A DNA stretch of 63,013 nt, counting the filler, from Octopus bimaculoides (lineage: Eukaryota): NCBI RefSeq assembly GCF_001194135.2. It is 6 parts of 5 records of this genome, joined end to end, with 100 filler letters (N's around TTAATTAATTAA, not from the genome) between each part and the next. Parts side by side here need not be neighbours in the genome. Positions count along the whole stretch, not along the records: positions 1 to 22,554 come from NC_068994.1; positions 22,655 to 36,332 come from NC_068987.1; 4 more parts are not named here. One strand, 5' to 3'. The notes below the pieces were generated by a model, which was not told the origin of the DNA, did not search any database, and saw nothing but the letters and a program-made list of their open reading frames with translations. Positions 12,940-23,640 of this stretch are shown here, in pieces. The position numbers were made by a program, and so were the translations under genes. Position 1 is the stretch's first letter. Every line of letters begins with the position of its first letter.

Positions 12940-13153
12940 ACCGTCGTCTCGGTACAGTCCGAAAACAGACCACACGACGTCCATACTGAGAAGTCCTTGC
13001 AACGCTTAATGCGTTACTTGAAATTGAAGCCGTACCGTCCGCGACAGTTACATGGTCTTCTTGATGAGGATCCCGACCATCGGTTGCAATTCTGTGAGAT
13101 AATGCGTGAGCAAAAATCTGAGAACCAGAGCTTCTCGATGAGATCATTTGGAC
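12940..13153 (+). mobile_element. Tc1/mariner-superfamily transposase fragment truncated by a SINE
   Basis: MQRLMRYLKLKPYRPRQLHGLLDEDPDHRLQFCE..., then ELLDEIIWT(D)E after a frameshift; this is the region leading to the first catalytic Asp. Confidence 0.65.
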
Positions 13154-13557
13154 AGAGGAGTGGCTGTGTGGTAAGTAGTTTGCTTACCAGCCACATGGTT
13201 CCGGGTTCAGTCCCACTGCGTGGCACCTTGGGCAAGTGTCTTCTACTATAGCCTCGGGCCGACCAAAGCCTTGTGAGTGAATTTGGTAGACGGAAACTGA
13301 AAGAAGTCTGTCGTATATATGTATATATGTATATATACGTATGTGTGTGTATATGTTTGTGTCTGTGTCCCCCCCCCAACATCGCTTGACAACCGATGCT
13401 GGTGTGTTTACGTCCCCGTAACTTAGCGGTTCAGCTAAAGAGACCGATAGAATAAGTACTAGGCTTACAAAGAATAAGTCCTGAGGTCGATTTTCTCGAC
13501 TAAAGGCGGTGCTCCAGCATGGCCGCAGTCAAATGACTGAAACAAGTAAAAGAGTAA
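13154..13557 (+). mobile_element. Full-length SINE family A (tRNA head, central TA/TG microsatellite, 3' body); also 21321-21720, with fragments at 140-345, 375-530(-), 15860-16052(-), 51780-52110, 54200-54300, 58197-58285(-) and 58625-58790(-)
   Basis: Multiple near-identical copies in the window with A/B-box-like head and a common tail AAATGACTGAAACAAGTAAAAGAGTA. Confidence 0.9.
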
Positions 13558-14267
13558 GTGTATGTTGTAGTCTGCGATTTTGTCATGGACAGGAACAAAG
13601 AGTCAACATGAAATTTTGCATTAAACTTGGGAAGTCTGCTANNNNNNNNNNNNNNNNNNNNNNNNNNNNNNNNNNNNNNNNNNNNNNNNNNNNNNNNNNN
13701 NNNNNNNNNNNNNNNNNNNNNNNNNNNNNNNNNNNNNNNNNNNNNNNNNNNNNNNNNNNNNNNNNNNNNNNNNNNNNNNNNNNNNNNNNNNNNNNNNNNN
13801 NNNNNNNNNNNNNNNNNNNNNNNNNNNNNNNNNNNNNNNNNNNNNNNNNNNNNNNNNNNNNNNNNNNNNNNNNNNNNNNNNNNNNNNNNNNNNNNNNNNN
13901 NNNNNNNNNNNNNNNNNNNNNNNNNNNNNNNNNNNNNNNNNNNNNNNNNNNNNNNNNNNNNNNNNNNNNNNNNNNNNNNNNNNNNNNNNNNNNNNNNNNN
14001 NNNNNNNNNNNNNNNNNNNNNNNNNNNNNNNNNNNNNNNNNNNNNNNNNNNNNNNNNNNNNNNNNNNNNNNNNNNNNNNNNNNNNNNNNNNNNNNNNNNN
14101 NNNNNNNNNNNNNNNNNNNNNNNNNNNNNNNNNNNNNNNNNNNNNNNNNNNNNNNNNNNNNNNNNNNNNNNNNNNNNNNNNNNNNNNNNNNNNNNNNNNN
14201 NNNNNNNNNNNNNGTGACTATTTCGCAGGAGATGATGGTAAAACTTAGGTAAATAAGTTATTTTTTA

Positions 14268-14619
14268 CATTATTTACATTCGACGGATATTTGTCCTCAT
14301 CTTGTTTCGGCTGTTAACACAACGTTTCGGTTGATATACCCTCCAGCCTTCTTCAGGTGTCTTGGGGAAATTTCGAAACTGGGTTCTCATTCCTAAGGTA
14401 TTTTTCGATGTTATTATTATTATTGTTGTTGTTGTTGTTCAGGTCACTGCTTGGAATCGAACTCGGAATCTTGGGGTTAGTAGCCCGCACTCTTAACCAG
14501 TACGCCATATTCCCGTGAGCATATGGCCTAGTGGTTAACAGCAAACAAGATGAGGACAAATATCCGCCGAATGCAAATAATGTAAATAATGTACATAATT
14601 CCTCATCTCTGAAATATAG
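14268..14619 (-). mobile_element. Palindromic tRNA-headed retroposon carrying a hammerhead ribozyme, with a 13-bp TSD
   Basis: AAGTTATTTTTTA at 14255-14267 and 14620-14632. Minus-strand A box TGGCGTACTGG and B box GAGTTCGATTCC. Inverted tail copy at about 14535-14595. Confidence 0.75.
14316..14361 (-). ncRNA. Minimal type-I hammerhead ribozyme motif
   Basis: GACAC CUGAAGA A GGCUG-GAGGGUAUAU-CAACC GAAAC GUU^ GUGUU: intact core, 5-bp stem I (one G-U), stem II with one C-A mismatch, loop-less stem III with palindromic AACGUU. Confidence 0.7.
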
Positions 14620-16372
14620 AAGTTATTTTTTATTAAACATAACTTGTCCGGGAACCTTTTGATACCACCTCGTAAATACTATGAAACTATTGAATTTTTT
14701 ATGCGACCTGTAACTATTCTGAGTAAAAAAAAAAAAGAAGAAGAAAGAAACAGAAAAAATAACATACTAAAATTAAAATAAATTGTAGAGTGTGGACGTA
14801 ATTTAGGCTATTATGTATATATTAACGTACCTTGCTGTAATCTGAGAATCCCATAGACAGATATACATATATATATATATATATATANNNNNNNNNNNNN
14901 NNNNNNNNNNNNNNNNNNNNNNNNNNNNNNNNNNNNNNNNNNNNNNNNNNNNNNNNNNNNNNNNNNNNNNNNNNNNNNNNNNNNNNNNNNNNNNNNNNNN
15001 NNNNNNNNNNNNNNNNNNNNNNNNNNNNNNNNNNNNNNNNNNNNNNNNNNNNNNNNNNNNNNNNNNNNNNNNNNNNNNNNNNNNNNNNNNNNNNNNNNNN
15101 NNNNNNNNNNNNNNNNNNNNNNNNNNNNNNNNNNNNNNNNNNNNNNNNNNNNNNNNNNNNNNNNNNNNNNNNNNNNNNNNNNNNNNNNNNNNNNNNNNNN
15201 NNNNNNNNNNNNNNNNNNNNNNNNNNNNNNNNNNNNNNNNNNNNNNNNNNNNNNNNNNNNNNNNNNNNNNNNNNNNNNNNNNNNNNNNNNNNNNNNNNNN
15301 NNNNNNNNNNNNNNNNNNNNNNNNNNNNNNNNNNNNNNNNNNNNNNNNNNNNNNNNNNNNNNNNNNNNNNNNNNNNNNNNNNNNNNNNNNNNNNNNNNNN
15401 NNNNNNNNNNNNNNNNNNNNNNNNNNNNNNNNNNNNNNNNNNNNNNNNNNNNNNNNNNNNNNNNNNNNNNNNNNNNNNNNNNNNNNNNNNNNNNNNNNNN
15501 NNNNNNNNNNNNNNNNNNNNNNNNNNNNNNNNNNNNNNNNNNNNNNNNNNNNNNNNNNNNNNNNNNNNNNNNNNNNNNNNNNNNNNNNNNNNNNNNNNNN
15601 NNNNNNNNNNNNNNNNNNNNNNNNNNNNNNNNNNNNNNNNNNNNNNNNNNNNNNNNNNNNNNNNNNNNNNNNNNNNNNNNNNNNNNNNNNNNNNNNNNNN
15701 NNNNNNNNNNNNNNNNNNNNNNNNNNNNNNNNNNNNNNNNNNNNNNNNNNNNNNNNNNNNNNNNNNNNNNNNNNNNNNNNNNNNNNNNNNNNNNNNNNNN
15801 NNNNNNNNNNNNNNNNNNNNNNNNNNNNNNNNNNNNNNNNNNNNNNNNNNNNNNNNNCACACACACACATATATATATATATATATACATACATATATAC
15901 GACGGGCCTCTTTCAGTTTCCGTCGACCAAATCCACTCACAATGCTTTGGTCGGCCCGAGGCTATATTAGAAAACACTTGCCCAAAGTGCCACATAATGG
16001 GACTGAACCCAGAACCATGTGGTTGGTAAGCAAGCTACTTACCACACAGCCGCAAACAAACTATATACATATTTATAGATACTAGTGAGACATGTGGAAA
16101 TTCCGCAGAATGAAAAAAATTCAGAGAAGCTGTTTAAAAAAGAAAGAATGATTTACATTTTTATCTTTATTTTGGTAAGTTATTTCACTTCTAGTCACAA
16201 TAGTATATTATATGATTTTAAAATTTCCTTCTACTAAGCACTTTATATTTCTCTCTTTCTTTTCACCTCTTACTTCCACAAACCACATGAGTGACAGCAT
16301 AACGCATCGGCTGGCTATCTGCTCTCTCACTCACTCTCACATTCCCTCTTCCTTTCTCTCACTCTACCACCT

Positions 16373-16407
<35 letters not shown>

Positions 16408-16479
16408 TCCTTCTCCTCCTCTGTAACAAAGTAAAGCGTGAAGTGTGAACGAACAGATAGAAGAATATTACAGATTTAG

Positions 16480-16756
16480 TAGTGCCCCTGGACTGGCTCT
16501 TGTGCGGGTGGCACATAAAATACGCCATTTTGAGCGTGGCCGTTGCCAGTACCGCCTGACTGGCCTTCGTGCGGGTGACACGTAAAAGCACCCACTACAC
16601 TCTCTGAGTGGTTGGCGTTAGGAAGGGCATCCAGCTGTAGAAACTCTGCCAAATTAGATTGGAGCCTGGTGTTGCCATCCGGTTTCACCAGTCCTCAGTC
16701 AAATCGTCCAACCCATGCTAGCATGGAAAGCGGACGTTAAACGATGATGATGATGA
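16480..16756 (+). mobile_element. SINE/LINE-tail repeat (family C) ending in (GAT)n; copies at 20825-21065 and 61908-62185
   Basis: Shared GTTAGGAAGGGCATCCAGC...GGAGCCTGG...AACC.ATGC.AGCA.GGAA.GC.GA.GTTAAA-(gat)n in three loci. Confidence 0.85.
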
Positions 16757-18235
16757 GGTCGACTTTGCCTTTCATGCTTTCGGAGTCGATTAAGTACCAG
16801 TTGCGTAGTGAGTCGATCTAATCGACTGCCCCACCCGACTCCGCCAAAATGTCGGGCCTTGTGCCTAAAGTAGAAAAGAGTATTATAGATTTAGTTCAAT
16901 AAAAAAGGAAAAATAATTTTCACTCTCAACATCACCACCACCACCACCACCAACATCACTACAGTTTTCATTTCATTTCAAGTACAGTATATCTACTCTG
17001 ACAATAGAAACGGTTTCTCTCGGAACTTTTATGTCGGCAAATGCAGTTTATTTAAAATTTTGATGACAGAAACTACTACCAGACATGTAAGATCCTATTT
17101 CAGTTATTTATCTATTTTAATGTTTTATTTATTTATTTATTTATTTATTTATTTTTTGTTAAAGTCTTAAAGAAGATTAATGCGTAAAAAGTTGCAACTG
17201 CGTGTTGGGTTAGAGGGTAGATGAGACACGCCCCTACTAATACAAGCGTACATATATATATATATAAGAGCAAGTGTTGAAATTATCAAACACGGATATA
17301 GAAATACTTATAAAGGCAAAAAGAAAAAAAAATCACGAGGTATAACTTGTCATAACTTTATGAAAACAACAAAACAGAATCATTGTTAAAAAAAAATGTT
17401 GACTATAGCTATTTAGAATTTGTTTATTAGAGTCGGTTCGAGAGTACAAACATTTAAAAGGAAAAAATCTGACAGTGAGACAATCCGAGGAAGACATGTG
17501 AGCAAGTGATTGATTTGATTGGAAATGAGAACAATCACGTGTTATTGGAAGAAGGCAATCGTTGGATGGCGACGAAATTCGTAAGGAAAAACCGCGCTTT
17601 TTATCTGGGCAAAGAGTCTATGTGTTTATACATGTGTTTATCTAACTATCTAGCTATATATTTATCTCTTTCTCCCTCTCTCTCGTTCTTTCTCTTTTAC
17701 GTTCTCCCTTTTATCGGTGGGTGGAGTTGTTCCACCCTCATTCCATGGTTAATGAATTTAGGTGTGGCATAGAATGTGTGACGGAGATTTTTTTTTCCCG
17801 ATTTTTAAAAATATTATTTTGCGGATTTAACCTTCATAATTACCTATTTCTCGCATCACTTAATTACTATCTGAATACCTAGGAAGTTCGATTTCCAGTG
17901 ACGTGTTGTGTCCTTGAGCAAGACACTTTATTTCACGTTGCTCCAATCCACTCAGTTGGCAAAATTGGGTAGTACCTGTATTTCAAAGAGCCAACTTTGT
18001 TACATTCGGTGTCACGCTGAATCTCCCAGGGAATTACGTTAAGGATACGCGTGTACGTTAATTACACAAGCAGGCTGTTCTGTTGATCGAATTAACTGGA
18101 ACACTCGTCGTCGTAACGGATGGAGTGACAGCTAGCCTAGGAAGTCATTCATAAAAGAAAAAAACATGCATGCAAAAAAGAAAAGAAAAATCAGGTGCTT
18201 GCATGCTCACATACACACATAAATATACCTACATA

Positions 18236-18615
18236 CATACATGTACATACAAGCATATATGGGTACAGGACATCACAAAAAACGTTAACCACAATGAGAA
18301 ACGAAAACAAAGACGAAATCAGAAAACGAACTTTTTTTTTTCGAACAACGAAAAAAAAAAAAAACAGAGAAACGAGACATACAACATAAAGAATATTACC
18401 CTTCTTCAGTTGTCCCTGCTCCTTGCCTTCGAAACGCGGAATAGATGGAGCAGGGACAACTGAAGAAGGGTAATATTCTTTATGTTGTATGTCTCGTTTC
18501 TCTGTTTTTTTTTCGTTGTTCGAAAAAAAAAGTTCGTTTTCTGTTTTCGTTTCTCATTGTGTTTAACGTTTTTTGTGATGTCCTGTACCCATATAGATGT
18601 TGGTATGTACATATA
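18236..18615. repeat. Long near-perfect inverted repeat (fold-back) of repeat family I; single-arm relatives at about 49375-49540(+) and 51450-51590(-)
   Basis: Left arm ends at 18422 and right arm starts at 18447, with a 24-nt spacer ttgccttcgaaacgcggaatagat. Confidence 0.9.
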
Positions 18616-18724
18616 TGTATGGATATATGCATATAATTATATATTATTTATGTTATTATATGATCGAACGCCACACATTGCCTCCAAATAATATAAATAA
18701 TATATATATATATATGCATATATA

Positions 18725-19125
18725 TAAAATTAGTGTACATTTATATGCACAAAAGAGGTGAACTTAACAGGACACCTTACATGCTAGTAAATATAATTTC
18801 TTGGGATGTACGATTAATTTGAAACAGCGCATATATAATCACTTGTCACCTTTTAGACTAAAACATAAGGCAAATAGTAAGTTGTTATCAAATAAAATTT
18901 GAGAATTAAAGCAAAATGGTATTAGTTTTAGCCTTAAATGGGGAAATTATAAGAAAAGCCCAACCTTATAGAAATGGCAAATATGGATGTGAATTATGTT
19001 CCATGGAAACATATGGAATTTCTAAACTCAGAAACAATTCTAACCTAATTAATAACAGATTAGACCTTAGAATATTGTGTGTACACTGTTCTACTCGCAC
19101 TTTTAGATACTTTAAAAAGTAGCAA
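18725..19125 (+). mobile_element. Penelope-like element GIY-YIG endonuclease remnant
   Basis: FLGCTINLKQRIYNHLSPFRLKHKANSKLLSNKI*ELKQNGISFSLKW/EIIRKAQPYRNGKYGCELCSMETYGISKLRNNSNLINNRLDL..CVH: GIY-YIG second motif plus the PLE C-terminal CxLCxxE...LLN.R. Confidence 0.85.
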
Positions 19126-19262
19126 ACTTAAATAATGTGGTATTTTATCATCTACCATGTTTATCTTAGGCTATTAATTAGCACATATTTAAATTGAAAT
19201 TGAACTTTTATAACATATTTTTGATCTCTCACCTTAATGTATAATCTTCCTGTGAAAACTAA

Positions 19263-20719
19263 AATTTCAACTTTATCCATGGATGGTATATGGTTTTACT
19301 TAAAATTTTTTCACATCACTTTTGCTATTGCTGTTAGTTTTAGTGTGTATCTTACTTATTTTATTTAACTTAAAAGAATAGGATGTTTTGAAAGTTCTTC
19401 ATTGTTTTTAATTAGTTTTCAAACCTTTTAAAGTTTATTTAATGCCTAACCCTAAAGGATCCATATTATTCCATTATTCCATTGTTCTGTGGTAGTGTTA
19501 TTACTGTTATTCTATGGGTGACTTAAATAAACCTAATCCTTGTTCCATTATTATTTTGTACTTGGCCCATGTTAGTTAACACAAGTTCCTGATTATTTAA
19601 GATAGTGTGGTCTAATTAAACTAGTACATAATTATCACGTTCTCTATTAGTTGTTTGGACCACTATTGTATTCTTTGTTAATTCCAATCATTCACTTTAC
19701 CAGCTTCTTTTACCTTGATGAATCCATCATAAACCATGTAAATCCTATGTATCAATTCTTTACATTAATTATAAAATAAATTGTATCTCTTATGTGTCCT
19801 TTAAATGATATTAGATATATAAGTTTTAATTTTCACCATTATAATTCTATGTTAATTCCAATCATTCGTTTTACCAGTTTCTTAAACCTTAATGAGTCCA
19901 TCATTATAAACCATGTAAATTCCTATGTATCAATTCTTTATAGTAATTATAAAATAAATTTTAATCTCTTATGTGTCCTTTAAATAATATTAGATATATT
20001 AATTTTAATTTTAAAATAATTTAATATAATTTTTAGTCCAATATATATAAAAAAAAATTTAATTTCACATCTTATCTATGGTTCTTTATATTAGTGTAAA
20101 TAAGTCTAAATGTGCTTTACCAAAGCTTTTTAAATTAATACTACTTCATGGTTTTTGCATACTGAATGTATTGATTAGTTACATTACTATACACTATTTC
20201 TTTTTATTTCTTATTTCATTATTAATTTACAGTTAGCTTTATTTTATTTATTCACATATCAATTAAGCAAATATTGGTATCTTAAGTATATGTAAAGCAA
20301 TACTGATACATTATTCTGATTAATGAAAACTATAAATAAACACATACTGTATCTGTACATATATAGCAAGTTTATTTTATATACTTATAACCTAGGTGCC
20401 TTATGTTAAACATCCTCTGCTACATTATAAATGGGTCTGCTAGTAGTGACCCCCCCCCCCGCCACCTATAATAGTGTGTCACTAAAACCAAAAGAATCTT
20501 TATAACCATATCCATGTATATTGTTTACCCCTTCCCTTTCCTTATATGGAAAGGGCTAGTGCCCTCTTAAGCTTTAAATCACTAGGTCTGATAAGATGAA
20601 ACAAAATAACAAATAAAATCAGTTAAAATCGGCTTGGAATTAATTACTAGCCTGTATGGTCTGGCTAAGTCAAAATGGTTTTTTGTATTCTTCCTTTCCA
20701 CTTGGAGTGTTTAAATGTA
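19263..20719. repeat. About 1.4 kb AT-rich interspersed repeat, copy 1 (probably PLE-associated), with an internal tandem duplication of about 170 bp
   Basis: Colinear with 34407-35728 from aatttcaactttatcca to tttaaatgta. Duplicated unit at about 19660-19830 / 19832-20010. Confidence 0.85.
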
Positions 20720-22009
20720 CAATTAAACCTTGGGAGAGGCATTATGCCGGTAATAAACACACGCACTGCAAGAGTGCAATGAAATAATTTAACAAAAAAC
20801 TATATAAATTAATATATATATGCCACCCTTGGAATTGTAGTCATGGCAATTGCTGGTGTCATGTAAATGGCACCTGTGTCTACGTCACATTAAAAACTAC
20901 TCATTACACGCTTTGTGTGGTTAGTGTTAGGAAGGGCATCCAGCCATAGAAACCATACCAAATCAGACTGGAGCCTGGTACAGCCCTCCAGTTTACCAGT
21001 TCCAGTCAAATTGTCTAACCCATGCCAGCAAGGAAAGCAGACGTTAAATGATGATAGATGATGATTTTAATCTGTAGGAACTAAAACAATACTTTTACTT
21101 CCATTTGGGAAATAGCTTGCTCAATATGCAGATAAAAAATAGGAAGAAATTTTGTTTGGTGTACTCAGATTTAATCAGTAGGTGCACAAAAGGTGTATTA
21201 GAAACAAAGACAGGGAACTTGTAGTATCTATTTTGGCTGCTTATGTTTTGACAACAACACCTGTGATAGCAAGGTATTAAGCTGTATTAGCATAGAGATA
21301 GCGTACTTGCATCCATATAGGCACAGGAGTGGCTGTGTGGTAAGTAGCTTGCTTACCAACCACATGGTTCCGGGTTCAGTCCCACTGTGTGGCATCTTGG
21401 GCAAGTGTCTTCTAGTATAGCCTCGGGCTGACCAAAGCCTTGTGAGTGGATTTGGTAGACGGAAACTGAAAGAAGCCCATGTATATATATATGTATGTGT
21501 GTGTATATGTTTGTGTGTCTGTTTGTCCCTCCCCAACATTGCTTGACAACCGATGGTGGTGTGTTTATGTCCCTGTAACTTAGCGGTTCGACAAAAGAGA
21601 CCGATATAGAATAAGTACTAGGCTTCCAAAGAATAAGTTCTGGGGTCGATTTGCTCGACTAAAGGCGGTGCTCCAGCATGGCTGCAGTCAAATGACTGAA
21701 ACAAGTAAAAGAGTAAGAGTATATGTACGTTCCTATATTCATCAAAATATTTTGACATAACCTGCACATAGGCATGGTCGAACCTTGACTGATGAAACCA
21801 CTAGAGAGAAAAATAGGGAGAATACAGTATTTTGCTTGGATGAAGATTGTTGTGTGTGTTTGCTGATTGCAGGGTTTCGTTACAATCATGCTCTCTGTGT
21901 CTCTTTCTTATTTCTTACTCTCTTTCTCTTTCATCAATGCTTTTTCTTCTTTTTAAGCCTACTTCTTACTCTTCCAACCAAATCTACAGCTCTCCGGTAC
22001 AGCATTAAC

Positions 22010-22160
22010 ATGGCACCAGAGAGGAGAGCAAAACAAGTGTGTGTGGTGACAGGTGGCTCGGGTTTCCTTGGACAGCACATTGTACATCTTTTGCAAACGA
22101 AATGCGATGATGTGCATGAAGTACGTACATTCGATGTTCAGCCCATTAAGAAATTTCTAG
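22010..22160 (+). CDS. HSD3B: First coding exon of a 3beta-hydroxysteroid dehydrogenase/isomerase-like extended SDR (HSD3B/HSD3B7/NSDHL family)
   Basis: ATG at 22010 gives MAPERRAKQVCVVTGGSGFLGQHIVHLLQTKCDDVHEVRTFDVQPIKKFL, with the Rossmann TGGxGFLG motif and the beta-2 'vRxFD'. Polypyrimidine tract and ctacAG acceptor at 21988-21989, so the exon starts at 21990 with a short 5'UTR. Donor CTAG|gtatgt at 22161 (phase 1). Family-level call; the paralog is not resolved. Confidence 0.85.
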
Positions 22161-22312
22161 GTATGTATAGAGAAGTTATTCTTACATTAACAAATTCTTA
22201 TTATATACATATATATGTATAAAATTTATTAATAAGGGTAAAAATTGATATTAATCAATTAAAACCAGTGGTCTAGCATATTAAAAAAATCCGAAGATTA
22301 AAATTATATTAC

Positions 22313-22449
22313 ATACAAAAATAAGAGGAATGACTAGCAAAAGTGGACTCCTATATGCAAGAAATATATTTTTCGTGGTTAGATGATTCGGCATCTATTT
22401 CTAGCATATAGAAGTCCACTTTTGCTGGTCATTCCTCTTATTTTTGTAT
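22313..22449. repeat. Short inverted repeat (about 54-bp arms; MITE-like hairpin)
   Basis: atacaaaaataagaggaatgactagcaaaagtggactcctatatgcaagaaata vs tatttctagcatatagaagtccacttttgctggtcattcctcttatttttgtat. Confidence 0.8.
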
Positions 22450-22509
22450 ATATGTATAAAATGTACATTGTGTTTTATATATGTATATATATATATATAT
22501 ATATATGTT

Positions 22510-22554
<45 letters not shown>

Positions 22555-22654
22555 NNNNNNNNNNNNNNNNNNNNNNNNNNNNNNNNNNNNNNNNNNNNTT
22601 AATTAATTAANNNNNNNNNNNNNNNNNNNNNNNNNNNNNNNNNNNNNNNNNNNN

Positions 22655-22729
<75 letters not shown>

Positions 22730-22899
22730 CAAATTTTTATGTATGCGTGCTGTTTGTGTATGTTTATATGAGTGATGTCAAAATAATTCAATGATTATCT
22801 AATGCTAATATAGATATTCTTGACTATTATGGATATTTTCAACACATAAAAGCAGCTTATATTTTATTTAGTCTCTTAGTCTTTGTTTCTCCCGCTTTC

Positions 22900-23640
22900 C
22901 ATGCAGCATCGATAAATGCGCAACATCTACATGCACCACTGCTATAAGCCATGCTATTATCCTGCTCACAGTCCAGGCACAAATCCTCCAAGTACTAATT
23001 TGTATTCCTCAACAGGATTTCGATAGTTTGTCACGATTTCTCGCCATATTGGGATTTCCATTTTAGAGAGGGTCGGCTTAGTGCCTTCATTGCCATGCGT
23101 AGTACATATATGTTTCACTTCCGCCAGTTCACGTTGATAGCATCCTGTAGACTGCTAAGCTCGGATGTTTCCGAGGCCTCTTCATTTATGATGTGGAATT
23201 GTCAAGAAATTCTTTGGATGCAGCGTCTGTGTAGGTGTATCATTCTACTTGTCTTTTTTCACTCACATATCAATATGCCACCTTCCCCGAGACGATGGAT
23301 GTATATAAATAGAATTTGGCGCAGAAGATGATGGCTGAATTGAAGCATAGAGTTCACTCACTGGAAGCTGTCTTCAGCTATGTCGAATATCTTCGCCAGT
23401 TCACTGTCGAAGTAATGTTACAGCTTACTTACATGAACAAAGTAAATTTATTCAGAAGCTGGTCTTTGAAATGGACTAGCCGTTGCTCTGTCTCACCATA
23501 AACCTTCATTTTAAAGTTTTCCTTGATGTCTCTGTGAAGTGTGAAGGTGGTTATGTCATGCATTCTGTGGACGAGATAATAAGGTGAAACAGCACGTCAG
23601 CAATGCCAAAGTCTCTGAGTTTTCCCTGTGGTACGCAAAG
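22900..23640 (-). mobile_element. Degenerate RTE-like LINE ORF2 C-terminal remnant
   Basis: Minus-strand HRRCIQRIS*..IINEEASETSELSSLQDAI...YVLRM...SLKWKSQYGEK, resembling the post-RT region of RTE elements; many stops. Confidence 0.5.

Larger units (their letters stand above)
13560..14674 (+). mobile_element. Mariner element remnant (interior mostly in a gap), interrupted in its 3' UTR by the hammerhead element
   Basis: N-terminus GQEQRVNMKFCIKLGKSA (13585-13641), C-terminus GDYFAGDDGKT* (14214-14250), and right ITR ttgtccgggaaccttttgataccacctcg|TA (about 14644-14674). Confidence 0.75.

Noticed and set aside
8478-14520. tRNA genes
   Set aside because: All A/B-box sequences belong to multicopy SINE heads and lack a complete cloverleaf or acceptor stem.
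18423-18470. Type-II hammerhead in the fold-back spacer
   Set aside because: The core words are present, but there is no NUH triplet with compatible stems I and III in these copies.
20588-20610. CTGATAAGATGAAAC as a hammerhead in the 1.4-kb repeat
   Set aside because: G8 is missing, there is no stem II, and copy 2 reads GGAAC.
19263-20719. Possible NUMT (mitochondrial control-region look: AT-rich with a poly-C run)
   Set aside because: No recognisable mitochondrial tRNA, rRNA or protein motif; it is contiguous with a PLE remnant and duplicated like a TE. A BLAST against the mitogenome would settle it.
21785-22009. Upstream in-frame ATG extending the HSD3B-like ORF to 145 aa
   Set aside because: The segment is a polypyrimidine intron tract with an acceptor at 21989; the extension is low-complexity, and the ORF also reads through the donor at 22161.
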